Shown piece by piece: positions 37,015-50,597 of a stretch of DNA of 64,000 bases. Positions within the stretch are counted from its first letter, which is position 1, and every line of letters starts with the position of its first letter. This DNA comes from Dictyostelium discoideum (taxonomy: Eukaryota), in assembly GCA_000004695.1 (NCBI GenBank), contig CM000152.2:4544001-4608000 (forward strand). The letters run 5' to 3'. Below the pieces are notes generated by a model. That model made no database searches. It was not told the origin of the DNA and saw nothing but the letters and a program-made list of their open reading frames with translations. A program made the translations under genes and the position numbers.

Positions 37015-38873
37015 TTAATCAAAAACAACATTTAAATGAATATATTTAATATAATTTGAAAATTCTTTAATAACTGGATTAATAAAATTAATAATTGAAT
37101 ATTGAACTAATAATTTTGAAGTTTCATCTAATGGTATTGATTGATGTTGTTGTAATTTATCATTAATTTCCTTTTGATGTTTAAATTTTGATATTAAAAT
37201 ATTTGAAATAATATTTGAAATATTTTTATCAAAATTAATAATTTTATCTTTATTTTTAAAAATTTCCAAACAATTAATAATTGGATTTACAATTTCACCC
37301 AAAACATTTTTATCAATGATATGATTTAAATTTAAATTTTGTTTTGATAATGGATCAATATCATCCATTTGAAAATCAAAATTTAAATTTAAATCATTAT
37401 CCATATAACGTGTTACTGATGGATTAAATAATAATTTGAAATCAATTTGGCTTTCAAATCTTTCAATTAACTCATTAATAAATATGATTAAAAAGTTATT
37501 TGGAATTCCTTTATTTTCAAATTCATCAATTGATTTTGCTAATAATGAATATTTTAAAAAGAAACTTTTAACCAATGAATTAATTTTTAATTGAGGTTTT
37601 GGAATTGGTAATTCACCACCATGGTTATGATTATCATTCAAATTGGAATTTTTTTTCTCTTCAATTTCATCAATATCTTCATCTTGCATAAAGGTCTTTT
37701 TCTTTAATTTTGAAATTTTAAATGGTTTAATTATTGTAATATTTGGTTGATAATTACTTTGTTTTAATTTCTTTATTAAATCTAATGTTGAGGCTGCATT
37801 TCTAATTGGATTAGCACCACCACCACCAGATTCTTTATCATCTTTTGAAGAATTTAATAATGAAGAATTTTTTAAAAGTGGTGATATTGGTGGTGAAGAT
37901 GGCATTTTAACTATTGGTGGAAGTAATAATGATGATTTTGTTTCAATAAATTGTTGTTGAGATGGTGATGATGATGATGAAGCTCCATTTAACTGTGATG
38001 GTGATGATGGAATACTATTAGAATTTGTGAAAATTTTGGGAAGAATTGGTGATAAATTTTTAATATTTCTTTTATCTTGATCATCATTTAATGAAATTGA
38101 ATTTTCAAAAATTGAATTCATCATAGTTTGTAAATTAAAAGAATTATCTGATCGGTTTTGAGCTAAATCTAAATTATTAACTAAAATATCCAAAATCTTT
38201 TGGAATCTAACACCATTTGAATCCAATTCAATATATTGAAATATGACAACATCTTTTTGAAGCTCAGAATTTTGTTCTCTTCTTTTTGAATTTGTCTCAT
38301 AAATCGATTTAAATATTGAAGAATCATATGGATTTAAACCTTTTAATAATAGGTAAATTTGACTGATAACAATCTCTTCAATATAACTCTTTGTTTCAAC
38401 TGCTTTTTTTCTTGACCAACCATTTGTAATCGATGGGAAGAACGTTTTCACATAGGTATCACCAACTCTATCCTTTAGAATGGTTGTGTAGGTTTTTAAA
38501 TTTTCAATTATACCATTATCATTTAGATAAGTTGATAAATCTTTTGACATTTGAACAAATCCCATAACATATCTATAGGCTCTTGTATCTTTTCCTGATG
38601 TACCAACTTTATAACCAACCTCTAATAATAATGCATATTTAAATTCATTATTTTCATTTATTAAATTTCTATATTTTTCAATTAATCCTGTTTTTTTATA
38701 TTTTTTTTTTTCTTCCATTTTATCTAAAATCTTTGAAATTTTCTTAACTGAAACAATACTAAAAAATGAAAAAACATGACTAATAATTCTATTTTTAATA
38801 ATATCATTACGTATTTTTACTCCCATATCATATCCAGTACTTAAATTAAAAAAAATTATTATTAATATTAATT

Positions 38874-38910
<37 letters not shown>

Positions 38911-39017
38911 AATAAAAAAAATAAATAAATAAATAATAAAAAAAATAATCCTTACTTGATAGCCTGGAATGAACTATTGATAAAATCAATTCCACCTTTT
39001 GCTGCTACCTGTGCCAT
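37015..39017 (-). CDS. Hypothetical protein (about 625 aa). Two exons: 38956..39017 and 37015..38839
   Basis: Exon 1 (MAQVAAKGGIDFINSSFQAI) ends at a GTAAGG donor. The AT-rich intron ends TTTAAG. Splicing keeps the frame (..AIN TGYDMGVKIR..). Ser/Pro-rich central region. No recognisable catalytic motif. Confidence 0.5.
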
Positions 39018-39081
39018 TTTTTTTTATTTATTTTTTATTAAAAAAATAATAGTGTTATTAAAAATAAAATTAGTGTGATAA

Positions 39082-39115
<34 letters not shown>

Positions 39116-39387
39116 AGTAAAAATTAAATTTTTTTAATTTTTAAAATAAAAAAAAACAGTCCAAAGATATTTATAGAACAAACAACCAACCAAAAAAATT
39201 TTTTAAAAAAAAAAATTAAATTAAAAACACAGTCCAAAGATATTTATAGAAAAAACAACCAACCATAAAAAAATTTTTAAAAAAAAAAAAAATCTAATCA
39301 AAATCCAAGAATATTATTGGGTCGATATTTAATACAATATTTTTTATTATTATTTATTTATTTTATATATTATAAATATTATTTTTA

Positions 39388-39457
39388 TTATTCTGTCGTT
39401 AAAACTTCAGTATTATTATTATTATTATTAAAATTATTATTATCTTCTATATTATTT

Positions 39458-39539
<82 letters not shown>

Positions 39540-40991
39540 CATCATTAAAATCACTATTATTATTTAAAACATTACTATTATTATCATCATTATTATTATT
39601 ATTATTTAATTTACTGAAATATAAAACATCATTATCTTGATCAGTTTGAAGTACTTCAATTGCAGAAGCAACATCTTGATTATTTGCAAAGTGTTGATTA
39701 GAGTGAATTTTACATAAGATTTCAGCAGTAACTAATCTAACATTTGGTACTGGATCGTGAACCAATTTTAATAGAGTTGGTAAAAAGGTTTGTTCAAAGT
39801 AAATTGGATCTAATTGCTCAACGAGATAACCACAAATCTTTGTAAAAACCTGTCTATTTGAAAATGAAATATCAGTTCCTAAACATTGAATACTTTCAAT
39901 GGTAGAATTCTTTAATTGATTAATTTCTTCTAATGTTAATTCTGCTTCAGCTGTATTTGTTCCATTGCTGCTGCTGTTGCTACTATTATTACTATTATTT
40001 ACATCTGTATTTGTTCCATTGCTGCTGCTGTTATTACCGCTATAATTAACTTCACTATTTAAAATCTTTAAAATTAAATGACCAACGCTAGAAGCGGCAT
40101 ATGATCTAACCTTTGCAACAGAGTCATTTAATAAAGTAATTAAAATTGGTGTTAATTGAGTTAAATTTGTCTTTAAATTAAATAAGTCGCACATTTCTCC
40201 AATTTGTCTAAAAATAAAAATAAAAAAATAAATTAATATTATTCTATTATTGATGGTGGTGGTGGTTTATGTGTAGTTTTAAAAAAAAAATACAAACTTT
40301 GAAATTAATTTTCTAAATCTCCATTTACTTGGATCATTAACAAAACTATGAATGATTAATATGTAAGATTCTCTTTGAGCAGGTTCTAATGAAGCAAGGA
40401 AACCAGAGAAATGTCTAACAACACCAACTCTAACTTCATCTAAATCTTGTAAGAATAAATTGAAACATTGTACCAATGATGCTTTAGTTTCAGCTGGTCC
40501 TAAAATCTTTGCAATCTCATGAATTGAATGAGATAAAGTTCTTCTTACTTTCCACTTTAAAGAGTAATAATAATAAAAAAAAATAAAAAAAAAGGTAAGT
40601 ATTTGTATATTAAAAAAAGTTATTATTATTAAAAAGTTTTAATTAAAAAAAAGAGTAATAATATACAAACATTTGTATCTTTAACTAAAGTTAAATAAGT
40701 TTCTTTTAATTCAGGCCATCTTGAACTACCAACAGTGTATAATACAGCAGGGAAATTAAAAGCACAATGAGTAACCAAATCACTATCAGGGAATCTAATA
40801 GTTGATGGATTGATCATATTGGTATAGAGATTTAATAATTTTGGGGTAATTTGAGAACCTTCAAATGTTGCAATGAATGGTCCTAAATTTTGAAATGCTG
40901 TATTATTTACCCATCTTGATGACTATTATATATATATAATTAATATAAAATATATTAATATAAATATAAATATTTATTTTTACTACCAATA

Positions 40992-41043
<52 letters not shown>

Positions 41044-42436
41044 ATATATAGATATATTTACATCGTCACCGACAAACTCTTCAAATACAGGGATAAGTAT
41101 TGAATATCTTTCAATTGGAGAAATATTTTGACTAATGAAAATTAATACTTCAGCACAACCCTTTCTAACAGCCCACATTTCATCTCTTGATAATTGAACG
41201 AAAATTGGTAACTATATATAAATAAAAAATAAAAAAAAAATAAAAAAAATTAATAAAAAAAATTAATAAAAAATATTCACTATCATATGTGACATATGTG
41301 TTTATAGAATATAGTTACCAATAATTCAGTTGTATCTTTAACACCAATAGTTTGGCAAATACCACCTAAATTTAATGCGATTGATTTTCTAACTCTAAAA
41401 GAAAGATCATTTGATAATTTAACAATGAAAGGTAAAATTATTGATTTTGTTAATTGTTCTCCTAAAATTGGTGCTAAATTATGGCAAAGCTAAAAAGATA
41501 AAGAAAATAAAAATAAAATATATATATAATATGAATTAATAAAAGAACTGTATATTGTGGAGTGATACTATTTATATATAAGCATATATATATATATATA
41601 TTATTTACATTTGCAGCTTGAACTCTATGCTCTTCATCAGTTGAATCATTAACTAAACTTTTAATAAAAGGTATTAAATGAACTTCAATGTCTTCATGTC
41701 TAATGATTCTAGCCATATCTTGTAATGATTCAACGGCTGACATTCTAACTTGTGGATTTCTGTCAGTGGTTAATTGAGCTACAATTGGTAATAGATTTTT
41801 CAATACTTTTTGATAACCATCCTCTCTACCAAATTGAATATAACATTCACTAATTGATGGAATTTGTTCTACTAATGCTTGTCTAATCACTGGTTCATTA
41901 TCTGTTACTGCTTCCTCTATAAATGTTATTAATATTTCATTTGCTTGTTCAAATTGAATTCTAATTAAATCAGAAAATTCTCTAATAACATATAATCTAT
42001 ATAATAAATAATAAATAATAAAAAAAAAAATAATAAAAAATAGTGATGTTCAAAAAAAAAAAAAAAAAAAAAAAAAATTTATTAATACAATAAAAAATTG
42101 AATAATTAAAGGGATGAATGATTAATTGATAAATACCTATGAAGAACTAATTCACTTTTAACATATTTTTTAATTTTTTCAATTAACGGTAAACTGTCAT
42201 CAATAACGTATTCATTTCCATTTGATTCTTCTTTATTTAAATAAATTATTAAAAGATAAAATAAAAATAAAATAAAATGTAATAATAATATAAAAAAAAA
42301 TAAAAAAATAAAAAATAAAAAAAAAAATAAAAAAAAAAAAGTTAGTATGAATTATTTAAAATTAATGAATGTATATTATAACCATACCAATATTATCATA
42401 ATTATCTGCATCTGATAAACCAATAAAATCTGACAT
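39388..42436 (-). CDS. HEAT-repeat phosphatase scaffold of the PP2A-A (PR65)/PP4R1 family. Multi-exon, at least 8 exons
   Basis: - Start MSDFIGLSDADNYDNI at 42436, followed by a GTATGG donor.
- Exon ORF segments at about 42127..42240, 41474..41890, 40903..41178, 40629..40817, 40279..40476 and 39388..40194 align in order to PR65 HEAT repeats (e.g. VRMSAVESLQDMARII, MWAVRKGCAEV, SKWRFRKLISK, LVHDPVPNVRLVTAEILCKI, LQTDQDNDVLYF at the C-terminus).
- Poly-Asn/Ser insertion in the last exon. Confidence 0.65.
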
Positions 42437-42991
42437 TTTATTATTACTTTTATTACTATTATTTTCCTTTAATAATAATATGATAATAAAAATGGTCTGT
42501 TGTGTGTTAGAAAAAAAAATTTGAAAAAAAAAGAAAAAAAAAAAAAAAATTCAATTTTTTTTTTTTTTTTTATTTTTTTTTTTTATATTTTATTTTTTAC
42601 TTTTCTTTTTTGATGGCCATGCAAGATCTTTTTTTTTTTTTCCTTTTTTTATTTTTTTTTGGGGTATTGGTTTTATTTTTTTTTTTTGAGTGGTGTCAAA
42701 TTTGAATGTCTTTTTTTTAATTTGTTTTGCATTAAAAATAGTTAAGAAAAAAAAAAGAATGTTACTAGTAACTTTAAAAGATAATTTTTTTAAAAAAAAA
42801 AATATGAATAGATATTTTCTAAGACCCATGGACTAAGGGCAGATATAGATAATTTCGAACACTAATTTTCTATTTCCAATTTTTTTTATTTATTTTTTTT
42901 TATTTTAATCTTTTTTTTTATTTCTTTTTTTTTTTATTTTTTTTTTTTTTATTTTTTATTTTTTTTTTTGAATATATTTAATTTGAGATGA

Positions 42992-45900
42992 TTAACGATT
43001 GAGCCATCTAACTTTTTTGAAACCCCAGAAACTTAAACCAACAAAAATGAAAATGTAACCAAAGATAGCAGCAATATCGATATATCTCATGAATTTATGG
43101 AAACCATAAGTTAACATGAAATCATCACCATTTGTAATTGGACAATAATATTTAATCGCTATTTGAACACCATTTTCAATGATTGGAATTGGTACAGCAC
43201 CTTTATTATTTGTACAAACAAATGTTAAACCTGTGAATTCATTGGTACAAGATGCTTCCAAAGGATACCTGAGCCAGTCTAAATAATGACACCAATAATA
43301 TGCAGATGGATAATTTGGTCTTGCAATGACGAAACCACCAAATAATGTTGCCAATGATAAACCAATACCACATATTGTTGATGCCATAACTTCATTTGGT
43401 AAGCAAACCGCCAGACATAATGCAAACGCATCATACATAATATAGGTGATAATGAAAATGAATAGACAATACCAAAATTTAGATGAATGTCGACCGGAAT
43501 CCAGACCAGCAATCCAAAATGTTGGAATAATATAAAGAATACCAGTTGATAGAATAAATGGATACGATGTTAATACATATGATATCATATATGCCGTTGA
43601 ATGATAGAAACCTGCGGTAACTTCACGATAGAATACACCTCTTTCTAATACTGTTGTTGGAATATTACCAATTGCGACCATACCGGCAAAAAGGAACGAA
43701 AAGAAGAGTAATGAAACACGAGATCTTGCATCCTTTTGTTCATAGTCCATACGAACAAATAGTGTACCTAATAGGACTGCCAACAATATTGAACGAAGAC
43801 AATTTGAAACGAATATTGCTGGACGCCTCAACCGAGATAACCAACTTCTCATACAAAGTGCGCGGAATTGTGTCATCCATGATGAAGCAAACCTTGAATC
43901 ATACGTTTTAACTACAAAGTCATCAGGTATTAATTGTCCTTCCATAATTTCATATTCTTTTTTACAAATATTAGATTCAAAATATGCCTTCTTTGCATCA
44001 AGATGTTCTTGTTCACCATTTGGACCTTCAACCATTTTACCTTCATCAGCTAATGTCATTACGAAATCAGCAGGATTAATATGTGGTTTAATATGCATAC
44101 CTAATTTATCACAATAATCTAAAATCACACTTGACTGATTACCCAATGGCCCAAAATAAATTGTTTCACCACCTTTTTTTAGTAATAATAATTGGTCAAA
44201 GAATTCGAAAATTGCAGCAGATGGTTGATGTACTGTACAAATTACAGTTCTATTCATTACTTTGGCAATTTTATTAACTACATCAATTACTTTAAATGCG
44301 TCACCAGAGTCTAAACCACTTGTTGGTTCATCAAGGAAAAGAATTTCTGGATTTGAAGCTAATTCAACACCAATATTTACTCTTTTTCTTTGCGATACTG
44401 ATAAACCATTTCCAAGTACACCAATCTTTAAATCTTTAATACTTGATAGACTTAAAACTTCAACGATCTTATCAACAAAGATCTCTCTTTCTTCTTTAGT
44501 AACTTCAGGTGGTAGTCTACATCTTGCACTGAATGCAATCGCTTCTCTAACTGTTTGTGTTGGTGGTAAAACATCCATTTGTTCAACATATGCTCTTATT
44601 CTATTTGTAAATTCAGAAGGTGGTTTACCATTAATTAAAATTTCACCAGTGATATGGCCACCAGTTTTTCTTTGAGCTAAAACATCTAATAATGTTGATT
44701 TACCTGCACCTGATGGTCCCATTAATGCTAACATCTATAATAAAAAAATAAAATTAATAATTAGTAATAAATAAATTAAACAAAAGAATATTTTTAAAAA
44801 ACATACTTGACCAGGTTTAACATAACCATCAATATCAGTTAATAGTTGTAATCTTTGACTTTTCTTTTTCTTTGGATTGTCTGGATCATCAGCTTTTACA
44901 TCAACAGCATAACAAAGTTTTTTAAATTGTAAATAACTACCAGTTTCTGAACTTATATCTTTTTGAGAGGTACTTATTGGTTTTTGTTTTGAATGATTAC
45001 CATTTTTTGAAGGAGTATTAACCATTGGTGATAAATTTGTTAATGGGGAATTAACCATTGGTGATAGAGTCGAAGGTGTTTTAACTTTTCTTCTTTTTAT
45101 ATTATTACCGGATCCTGATAAATTATTATTATTATTGTAATTGGGAGATGTTAATGGTGATTTCATATCAATTACAGTATCATCGTCATAGTTTGAAATA
45201 TCAGCATTATCATCATTATCATCACTAACTCTTTCTAATGCTTCAGTAGTAACTTTACAATTTGGCTCTTCATCTTCTTTACAAACAATAACTTTTTTCT
45301 TTTTCTTTAATTTCTTTACTGCTAATTTGGATTTTTTATCTTCAAAATTTAAATATTTCAAAGCAAAGAAACAAACTGAATAAAAGAATACAATATAAGC
45401 ACCTAAAATTGCATAAACAATCCATTTGAAATAATCTGGGTTATTAATACCAAATGCATCCATAATTTGTTCACCAGATGTATATTGACAAACTTGATTA
45501 CCACCGAAACCTTCTGGATATGGTAATAGATTTTGAGGAGTTCTTGGTGGTATTAATTCAGAATCTTTACAACCATACGCTTGATATGTAAATTCATTAA
45601 TTGATAAACCTTGGAAAATCCATGTATAGGGTGATATATAATATAACCAAATCCACCAACCTCCAATATCATTCTTTGGTGCCGTGAAACCTGAAAATAA
45701 TAACCAAATTGAAAGTATTACTGATGCTGTTACATTTGCAATTTCAATTGTTGGTGAAATTGCTGCACACATTTTAGCAAATGATAATGATAAATTATCA
45801 GTTCTAAAAAAAAAAAAAAAAAATTAGGATTTATAAAAATAAATACTTGAATAAATTAATTAAAATAAAAATACATACATAAATAATAAAATCATAAAAT

Positions 45901-46532
45901 AAACAAACCTAATGAAAACTGGCCTAAGATTTGCTAGCCAATAAACAATTGGACCAAAGAATGCGACTTCAATTAAACCAGCGGGAATATCACAAATGAT
46001 ACTTGAAATAAAGTATGCACCAGTTTTATAATAATGTAATGCTTTTTGAGAATAAAATACTTTTCTTTCACCAAAGAATGAATTAACAGCGGCAAATGAA
46101 GAGAAAATAATTGTTGTCATAATAAAGAATAAAAGACCAAATCTTTCCATACCACCACTTTGATTATGACCAATTCTCCAATAGAGTGTACCTAATAATA
46201 ATCCAAAGAAAATTCCTTTAAAAACACGAGTTGCAAAATTATAATAATTTCTACTAATCATAATGAAACCCCTCTTTAAACAAATTTTAGTTTGATAACC
46301 AATACCATGTGGATACATTCCTAATTCTTTAGCTGTACTATCTACTAAGACTTTTGGTTTATTATCATCAACAATACCATCTTTATTTGCATCCATCTTT
46401 TCCATTAATTCAAGATAAATATCTGATTCTCTATATGCTTTAACAAAATCATCACTAGTTTTACATTTTGGTGGATGAATAAATGAATATCTTTCTGGTG
46501 CATCTACAACTTCCTCTATTTTACATTTTTTT

Positions 46533-46566
<34 letters not shown>

Positions 46567-47572
46567 ATTAAAATTTAAAATTAAATGTTATTAAAACTTA
46601 CGAAAGAATTCAGCAGGATTATTATGAGATGGACATGCAAAACCTAATTTTTTAAAATAGCCTAATGCTCTATTCATTGGACCAAAATAACAAATTTTAC
46701 CTTTACTCATAATCATTAAATTATCAAATAATGAAGTTAATTGAACACTTGGTTGTAGTAAAGTGATGAGTGCAGGTGAATAACCATATGTTACAAACTT
46801 TTTAACATCACTTAAAATTTCGAAACTTGTTGAAGAATCTAAACCTGATGTTGGTTCATCCATTAATAATAGATTACTACCTTTAATAACACCAACACCA
46901 ATTGTAACTCTTTTCTTTTGACCACCTGATATACCTCTAATGAAATTATCACCAACCAATGTATTTTCTGCATGTTTTAAACCTAATAGTTTCATACAAT
47001 TATCAACGCTTACTTGTTTTTCTTCACGGGTGAGTTCTTTTTTACCTAAACAATCCAATGCGAATCTAAATGTTTCTTTTACAGTTAATGTCGGTACATG
47101 AATATCATCTTGAGTTACATATGAAATATCACGATGGTGATTTTTATGATTGATTGGATGACCATTAAATAATAATTCACCTTCAAAATGTTTATCTTTT
47201 AATTGACCTGCTAACATTTGGAAAATGGTTGATTTACCACAACCAGGAGTACCTAAAATTAATGTCATTTGTTTTGGTCTTAAAAAAAATGAAACATCAT
47301 CTAATAATTTAATTTTAACTTTTTTATTTTCTCTATGTTTTACTGTATATGTTGCATTTCTACAATAAACATATAAACCTGTTTTATCCTCTGGTCTAGT
47401 TTGTTTAATCTTTTTTGTTAATTCATCATTTTCATGATTTGGCATTAATTCATCTAATGGAATTGGGAAATATTCATCATCTTCTTCTCCTTCATGCTCT
47501 TTTGCAATTTGATAAATACTATCTTCAAAATCATTTTCTTCATCTTTATGTTTTATATTATTATTATTATTG

Positions 47573-47652
<80 letters not shown>

Positions 47653-47754
47653 GTTATTATTATTATTATTTAGGGTTGGTTCTTCTTGATTATTTATTGG
47701 TATTGATAGATTCGGAGAATATGAAGATTTATCTCTTGGATCTTGTTTTACCAT
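42992..47754 (-). CDS. Full-size ABCG (PDR/WBC-type) transporter, copy 1. Domain order NBD-TMD-NBD-TMD; 4 exons (about 46591..47754, 45860..46530, 44735..45786, 42992..44734)
   Basis: - NBD1: Walker A GTPGCGKST, signature ISGGQKKRVT, Walker B LLLMDEPTSGLDS.
- NBD2: GPSGAGKST, LSVSQRKRVN, ILFLDEPTSGLDS.
- Two six-helix TMD regions.
- Introns carry GTAAGT/GTTTGT donors.
- N-terminal poly-Asn. Confidence 0.85.
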
Positions 47755-48280
47755 TTTTTAGATTTTAAAATTTTTTTTTATTTTAAATTATAATTTATTA
47801 TTATAAATAAAAAAATTTTAAAAAATCACTTTTAAATTGAGGTAAGAAATATATTTTTTTTTTTTTTTTTTACCTTAATTTCTATTATTTTTTTTTTTTT
47901 TTTAATAAAATTTAATTCAACCCAACAAAGATTATTAAAAAAAACATATATATAATTATATTATTGATTGGATGCAATACATTTAAAAAAGTATTTACAA
48001 ACAAAGCATTTATTTTTGAAAATTTGTAGATTCTATTGCGTATTTACATTGAACGAGCAAATATATAAAAATTCGAATAATTACCACACAACAGAAATAA
48101 ACACACAAACAAATAATTAAAAAATTTGGTGTGGTAAGAAAAAAAAAAAAAAATAATAATTTAAATGAAATTATACATTCATAAACATTTTAATAATTTT
48201 CTTAAATTTTACATTTAATTTGTTTTTAATAAAAAATGATTCAAAAAAAAAAAAAAAAAATAAAAAACTAGGTTTTTAAT

Positions 48281-48383
<103 letters not shown>

Positions 48384-48821
48384 GGAGAGACCTTTTTTTT
48401 TTTATTTTTTAATTTTTTTTTTAATTTAAAATAATGATTTGGTTTATTTAAATTATTATGAATTTAGATAGATAAATAGAGCACTATAAAATACACAAAA
48501 TTTTATAAAATATAAGAAAAATGAATGTCATCATTCTGGTTTTTTTTTTCTTTTTAACCAAAAAAATGTTTATTTTTTTAAAAATTTAAGTTTTATAATA
48601 AATTTATTTATATATATTTTGAAAAATTATTTATTATATTAAATAAATATTCTAATTTTTTTTTTTAAAAAAGTGAGAACACTTCTTTTATAAATAATTT
48701 AATAATCAACCCTTAATTTTTTGACAAATATTAAAAGATTATTACTTTTTTTTTTTTAATTATTTTTTTTTATTTTTTATTTTTCTTTTTTATTTTTTGA
48801 ATATATTTAATTTTGAGATGA

Positions 48822-50565
48822 TTAACGATTGAACCATCTAATTTTTTTGAAACCCCAGAAACTTAAACCAACAAAAATGAAAATGTAACCAAAGATAGCA
48901 GCAATATCAATATATCTCATGAATTTATGGAAACCATATGTTAACATGAAATCATCACCATTTGTAATTGGACAATAATATTTAATCGCTATTTGAACAC
49001 CATTTTCAATGATTGGAATTGGTACAGCACCTTTATTATTTGTACAAACAAATGTTAAACCTGTGAATTCATTGGTACAAGATGCTTCCAAAGGATACCT
49101 GAGCCAGTCTAAATAATGACACCAATAATATGCAGATGGATAATTTGGTCTTGCAATGACGAAACCACCAAATAATGTTGAGAGTGATAAACCAATACCA
49201 CATATTGTTGATGCCATAACTTCATTTGGTAAGCAAACCGCCAGACATAAACCAAACGCATCATACATAACATAGGTGATAATGAAAATGAATAGACAAT
49301 ACCAAAATTTAGATGAATGTCGACCAGAATCCAGACCAGCAATCCAAAATGTTGGAATAATATAAAGAATACCAGTGGATAAAGTAAATGGATATGATGT
49401 TAATACATATGATGTCATATATGCCGTTGAATGATAGAAACCTGCAGTGACCTCACGATAGAATACACCTCTTTCTAATACTGTTGTTGGAATATTACCA
49501 ATTGCGACCATACCGGCAAAAAGGAACGAAAAGAAGAGTAATGAAACACGAGATCTTGCATCCTTTTGTTCATAATCCATACGAACAAATAGTGTACCTA
49601 ATAGGACTGCCAACAAAATTGATCGTATACAATTTGAAACGAATATTGCTGGACGCCTCAACCGAGATAACCAACTTCTCATACAAAGCGCACGGAATTG
49701 TGTCATCCATGATGAAGCAAACCTTGAATCATACGTTTTAATTACAAAGTCATCAGGTATTAATTGTCCTTCCATAATTTCATATTCTTTTTTACAAATA
49801 TCAGATTCAAAATACGCCTTCTTTGCATCTAGGGGTACTTGTTCACCATTTGGACCTTCAACCATTTTACCTTGGTCAGCTAATGTCATTACGAAATCAG
49901 CAGGATTAATATGTGGTTTAATATGCATACCTAATTTATCACAATAATCTAAAATCACACTTGACTGATTACCCAATGGCCCAAAATAAATAGTTTCACC
50001 ACCTTGTTTTAGTAATAATAATTGGTCAAAGAATTCGAAAATTGCAGCAGATGGTTGATGTACTGTACAAATTACAGTTCTATTCATTACTTTGGCAATT
50101 TTATTAACTACATCAATTACTTTAAATGCGTCACCAGAGTCTAAACCACTTGTTGGTTCATCAAGGAAAAGAATTTCTGGATTTGAAGCTAATTCAACAC
50201 CAATATTTACTCTTTTTCTTTGCGATACTGATAAACCATCACCAAGTACACCAATCTTTAAATCTTTAATACTTGATAAACTTAAAACTTCAACGATCTT
50301 ATCAACATAGCTCTCTCTTTCTTCTTTAGTAACTTCAGGTGGTAGTCTACATCTTGCACTGAATGCAATCGCTTCTCTAACTGTTTGTGTTGGTGGTAAA
50401 ACATCCATTTGTTCAACATATGCTCTTATTCTATTTGTAAATTCAGAAGGTGGTTTACCATTAATTAAAATTTCACCAGTGATATGGCCACCAGTTTTTC
50501 TTTGAGCTAAAACATCTAATAATGTTGATTTACCTGCACCTGATGGTCCCATTAATGCTAACATC

Positions 50566-50597
<32 letters not shown>

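Noticed and set aside
47415-47768. Plus-strand poly-Tyr ORF
   Set aside because: This is the antisense of the (AAT)n poly-Asn tract in ABCG copy 1 exon 1.
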